From the IMG/VR virus record IMGVR_UViG_3300030004_000003, positions 2,893 through 66,892 of that record: a stretch of 64,000 nucleotides of DNA, one strand, 5' to 3'. The notes under the pieces were generated by a model. The model saw only the letters and a program-made list of their open reading frames with translations. It had not been told where the DNA came from and searched no databases. Made by a program: the position numbers and the translations under genes. Positions within the stretch are counted from its first letter, which is position 1, and the number at the start of each line of letters is the position of its first letter. This document shows, in pieces, positions 60,272-64,000 of the stretch. This DNA is from a virus.

Positions 60272-60334
60272 AAGCCGAAAGGCTTACATCATTCAAAAGA
60301 ACCGAAACCCGAGAGGGGAGTAGGTTTTGAATGA
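60272..60334 (+). ncRNA. Structured RNA candidate (two GNRA hairpins, bulged-G motif)
   Basis: AAGCC-GAAA-GGCTT; TCATTCAAAA..CC-GAAA-CCC-GAGA-GGG-GAGTA-GG-TTTTGAATGA. Confidence 0.6.
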
Positions 60335-60358
60335 ATCAAATTTGCGTTGGGCACGCTA

Positions 60359-60402
60359 AGCTCCCCTGATCGGTTACTCATGGCCGGTCGGGGGAGTTTT
60401 TT
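60359..60402 (+). terminator. Intrinsic terminator after the capsid gene
   Basis: CTCCCCTGATCGGT..GCCGGTCGGGGGAG-TTTTTT. Confidence 0.75.
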
Positions 60403-60433
60403 GTTTGGGGTGTTGACGGGGAGAACATGAGGT

Positions 60434-60787
60434 ATGAATCCGTTTGATGAAGCTATGGCGCTCGCTGATGAGGATGTCTTTGAAGATGTCTCCGAGCCAA
60501 TCATTCTGGGGGGAATCTGCATTCTGGCGTCCGTAGGGCCTCTATCAAGTGGTGAAACGACTGATTCTTATGGTGGCCGTGCTCGCGTCGAATCGCTCAG
60601 GATTGATGTGCGCAAGTGTGTGCTCGCGGAGGCATTGATTTTTTCCGTGCCGGTTGGAACCGGCGTGACGGTTGATCCTGATGCTCCGGTGCCGCGCCAA
60701 TACCGTTTTGTTTTTCAACGCGATCTCGGGAGCTCGCTCGCCCTCTTTTGTGAATCCACGGCAGGTACTGGAAAAGCAGAATTTTAA
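60434..60787 (+). CDS. Head-tail joining protein (FII-like position)
   Basis: 117 aa after the capsid gene; TTGAC at -21. Confidence 0.55.
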   Translation: MNPFDEAMALADEDVFEDVSEPIILGGICILASVGPLSSGETTDSYGGRARVESLRIDVRKCVLAEALIFSVPVGTGVTVDPDAPVPRQYRFVFQRDLGSSLALFCESTAGTGKAEF

Positions 60788-60870
60788 GATGATCAAATTC
60801 ATAAAACTCACTTTTGGCCTCGTGCTCTGGAGTGCCCTTGAATGGCTGGATCCTGGGGTTCGCTAATTTT

Positions 60871-61269
60871 ATGAAAGATGTACGCGCTGCCCTTGAAACC
60901 GAGCTTACCGCCCTCCTCACGAGTGCGGCCATCCTGGATTGCCCTGTGCTTCCCGGTGCCTCTGATGTACCTGCTCCTGACCGCTACGTGCGCGTGGTGG
61001 CCACGGGTGCGGAGCCGCGCGGTTCGGCGAGTCTGGTGACGGTGGAATATCGGATTGTGGCACCCATCGACGGCTATCCGGTGATCTGGAGTCAGGAAAC
61101 TCTGGCCAAGGTACGACTCTGGTGCATTGCCTGCCCCTCGCCGATGCGGCGATACAATGCCAACGGACTGCGTATTTTTGGGTCTTCACCTCCTCGCCAA
61201 TATCCCGACAGCCGGGATCGTTCCAGGGCGGAGATCCTGCAGTTCAAGGTTGGCGCGATCACTTGCTAG
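60871..61269 (+). CDS. Tail completion-like protein
   Basis: Position and size. Confidence 0.45.
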   Translation: MKDVRAALETELTALLTSAAILDCPVLPGASDVPAPDRYVRVVATGAEPRGSASLVTVEYRIVAPIDGYPVIWSQETLAKVRLWCIACPSPMRRYNANGLRIFGSSPPRQYPDSRDRSRAEILQFKVGAITC

Positions 61270-61297
61270 TGGCGCGTTGACATTCCGCGCAAGTGAT

Positions 61298-61669
61298 ATG
61301 GCTACTCCAATTCATCGCAGGGGCTCGGTTGACTGGTCTTTTGGCGTCAATAACGGCGAGTCTGCTACCGGCCCTGAGGGCCTTGAAGTTACGGAATTTT
61401 CCGGAGATCGCGAGTATTCGACTCAGATGGATCGGGTGGATGATACGGGCGCTTTGGTCGATGTACTGATCGGTGCGGAGATTCAAAAGGTTTCTGTTTC
61501 CGGAAATGGAGGCACCTCCCTTGTCACGTTTGATGCGCTTGATGCCGACACGCTTTCGCATCCGGTCGCCGGTCTCGGGACGATTTTTCCCGTCAAAGTC
61601 AGCGGCGGTCAATCAAACGAAGACTTCACCAAAGTCACCTTTGAGGGAGCCGGTTCTCCTGATCTCTAA
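61298..61669 (+). CDS. Tail tube-like protein 1
   Basis: Start at ATG 61298 (TTGAC at -21); beta-rich; ends NEDFTKVTFEG. Confidence 0.5.
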   Translation: MATPIHRRGSVDWSFGVNNGESATGPEGLEVTEFSGDREYSTQMDRVDDTGALVDVLIGAEIQKVSVSGNGGTSLVTFDALDADTLSHPVAGLGTIFPVKVSGGQSNEDFTKVTFEGAGSPDL

Positions 61670-61688
61670 CACCTAGCCAATCACTATT

Positions 61689-62024
61689 ATGTCACTTGAA
61701 ACCATTGCGGGAACCGACACGGATTTTGGAACCACTGGCGCATCTGCCGCCGGTATCGAGGAAGTCACGCAGGCAGGAGTTGAGGTAGAATTCAAAACAG
61801 TCGTCCCTGCCAAGAATGGCCAGGGTTCCATCAAGGCATTTCTTGTCGGCAAAAAGCAGGCGAATCTGACGGCCGCAGGGTATGTGAGTTCCTTCGAGCC
61901 TCCTGCTCCCGGTGGTGCCATCACGGTGGGTGGAATCAGTGGGAAAATCGTCGCTTCGCACCTTGGTGCCCAGGCAGAGGATTTTGCCAAGGCGAACGTC
62001 ACCGGCAAGGGAGTGGAGCCCTAA
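61689..62024 (+). CDS. Tail tube-like protein 2 (apparent paralog of the previous gene)
   Basis: Ends AEDFAKANVTG; similar size and pattern. Confidence 0.5.
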   Translation: MSLETIAGTDTDFGTTGASAAGIEEVTQAGVEVEFKTVVPAKNGQGSIKAFLVGKKQANLTAAGYVSSFEPPAPGGAITVGGISGKIVASHLGAQAEDFAKANVTGKGVEP

Positions 62025-62057
62025 GTTTCTTAGGACTCATTCCCGCCGCTCCCGGCC

Positions 62058-62870
62058 ATGGCGGATTCTTACTTTCTTTTTGACGATCGGTTTGCTGAGG
62101 CATTTCTGCATCAGCGCAAGCACGTTGTTTTAGGCCGTCGTTTGAAGCCGTTTTCCTATTGGCATAAGCTGCAACTCGAATGGATTAATTCCAAAATCCT
62201 GCTCGGGAATCCCGGTCCATGGGATCTCTGGTTGGCTGTTCGTATCTGTCAAAGCCAGTTTCCGAATCAGGCTCGCCTGCCGGGATCCAAAAAATCTTCT
62301 TGGTGGCAAGTCTGGTGGAATATCGCAAATTATGGCCGTCGGTGGGATCGTGAGACGGAAAAGTTCCGGGAGTATCTCGGCGACTACTGCTCTCCTCCCA
62401 AGCTTTGGGGAGGGCAAGCAAGTGCCAAGCAGCGGCTTGCCGAGGCGTATGATGCCCTCTACGCGCTCACAAATGACTCTGCTGATGCCAAGGAGGCTGC
62501 GAGTTGGCATCGCGCTGCTGAGGCCAAACAGGCTGGAGCTCGTCAGATAGACGATTCACTTGAGGCGGTGGCCTGCTATTGCAAGCGCGGTGGTGGTCCT
62601 GCTGGGGAAGCGTGGAACATGGCGATGGGTGAGTTGCAGTGGATGAACGCCGTCTTTTATCAGATGGATGGTGGCAAATTGGATATTTGGACCCCGGGAG
62701 ACCAGATTCGCTTTGAGAGGCATCTCCTGAAGAGGGCGGCATCGATTGAGGAAATCGCGGAAACCATCCGGCCTCTTCATCCGGACGATTCTCAGGAACT
62801 CCTGAAGGCGCGAGCGGCAGTCGCTTATTGGGAGCGTGTTGTTGTGAATGTTGACGCGGGGGCAAGGTGA
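62058..62870 (+). CDS. Tail assembly chaperone-like protein
   Basis: Directly upstream of the tape measure. Confidence 0.5.
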   Translation: MADSYFLFDDRFAEAFLHQRKHVVLGRRLKPFSYWHKLQLEWINSKILLGNPGPWDLWLAVRICQSQFPNQARLPGSKKSSWWQVWWNIANYGRRWDRETEKFREYLGDYCSPPKLWGGQASAKQRLAEAYDALYALTNDSADAKEAASWHRAAEAKQAGARQIDDSLEAVACYCKRGGGPAGEAWNMAMGELQWMNAVFYQMDGGKLDIWTPGDQIRFERHLLKRAASIEEIAETIRPLHPDDSQELLKARAAVAYWERVVVNVDAGAR

Positions 62871-62871
62871 T

Positions 62872-64000
62872 ATGGCAACCGATCGAGATACTGCACCACC
62901 GCTCGACTTGCTGAATTCGGCAAAAGAGGCGGTTAAGGATACGATCGGACCTCTTGCAGTTCTCACCCTAGGAGCGCAGGCGTACACCTCTGCTCTCTCT
63001 AAATCCGTCCTGGAGGCGCGAGCTCTCCAGTCGGCTCTCACGGCCAGCGCTGGCGCTGAAGCCCTGCGCAGGCAGTTCCAGCAACTCGGCCTCTCGGCCG
63101 GAGCGGCAAAGAGTCAGGTGGAGCAGCTTGCCCGGCTCGCTTCGACCAGTTCTTTCAGTTTTTCCTCCTTGGGTACGGCTGCGAAGAATTTGCAGTCCAT
63201 CGGTGGCGCTTCCGTCAATACCGCTGCCAACATGCGCAAGGTCATGGATGTGGCCGCCGCCACGGGTGCTCCGGTGGAGAATGTCTCCGAAGCCCTTGCC
63301 TCTCTCTATGATCGTCTGAAGAGGGGAGGGGATGGAGCCGCCGCTGCTGCGCAGGAATTGGCCCGCATGGGGGCCATCAGCCAGGATACGGCCGCTCAGA
63401 TTGCGCGGTTCACGGCGGCTGGGGCCAATAGTTCGGCCTCGCTGAAGGTTTTGGAGACAGATCTTGGTAAGGCTAAGGGGGCGAGCGTGGAACTCTCCAC
63501 GACGCTCATCGGGCTGAATCGTCAGCTTGATGGGATGAAAGAGGGGAGTGACGCAAAAATCGGCGCGATGTTCGACGAGGGGGCAAAGGCCGGTCTCCGC
63601 GCTCAGATCGCCTTTGAAAAGGTGAGGGATGTCATGCGGGAGACGGCTGCGGAGAAGATCGCTCCTGTGGTGGGGGCTGTGAATTCCGTCAAGGAGGGAA
63701 TTGGGAATGTTGTCTCCTCCGGTCCAGCGCTTGGGGCGACGAAGAGTCTGACAGGAGGAGCGTATAATTTGGTTGCTGGTGCGACGGTGGCCACTAGCGT
63801 CGGATTGGTTCAGTTTCTCAAAGGTGCAATAACTGGCACAGGTTCAACGTGGGGAAAAGCCAAGGAAATCGCTACTCCGATCATGAAGAGGGTCGGTTCT
63901 GCGGCAGGCAAGATCGATAAATCGCTTCTTGATAACGAGGGTGCCGCTGGGTCCATTTATCGCGGTCTGTCGCGTGCCGTGGAGACGGCATTTTCCAGTG
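62872..64000 (+). CDS. Tape measure protein (3'-truncated by window edge)
   Basis: Ala/Gly-rich helical reading frame from ATG 62872 running to the edge. Confidence 0.7.
   Translation, partial: MATDRDTAPPLDLLNSAKEAVKDTIGPLAVLTLGAQAYTSALSKSVLEARALQSALTASAGAEALRRQFQQLGLSAGAAKSQVEQLARLASTSSFSFSSLGTAAKNLQSIGGASVNTAANMRKVMDVAAATGAPVENVSEALASLYDRLKRGGDGAAAAAQELARMGAISQDTAAQIARFTAAGANSSASLKVLETDLGKAKGASVELSTTLIGLNRQLDGMKEGSDAKIGAMFDEGAKAGLRAQIAFEKVRDVMRETAAEKIAPVVGAVNSVKEGIGNVVSSGPALGATKSLTGGAYNLVAGATVATSVGLVQFLKGAITGTGSTWGKAKEIATPIMKRVGSAAGKIDKSLLDNEGAAGSIYRGLSRAVETAFSS

Larger units (their letters stand above)
1..64000. mobile_element. Temperate tailed phage genome (partial, circularly permuted, attP form)
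   Basis: Terminase, portal, protease/scaffold, capsid, tail, lysis, integrase and primase genes; no host housekeeping genes seen; window ends in the tape measure and starts in tail genes. Confidence 0.95.

Overview
The window is most of a temperate tailed-phage (siphovirus-like) genome, apparently excised or circular because it carries an intact attP: a tRNA 3' half flanked on both sides by phage genes and arm-type repeats. Gene order: tail and receptor-binding genes (1-9.8 kb); lysis cassette; divergent small regulators; xis/integrase/attP; a long plus-strand early/replication operon (glycosyltransferase, macrodomain-repeat fusion, primase, Toprim protein, Tad1-like protein, a helicase split in two halves); terminase; a ~9.3 kb minus-strand block between terL and the portal; head genes (including a large modular protein and an initiator-type tRNA); tail genes; and the start of the tape measure. 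The strongest unexplained pattern is (G)TTGAC placed 20-22 nt upstream of start codons, mostly at late genes, whereas three early genes have a -35 box 35-37 nt upstream. All protein family calls come from motif recognition by eye; no database search was run.
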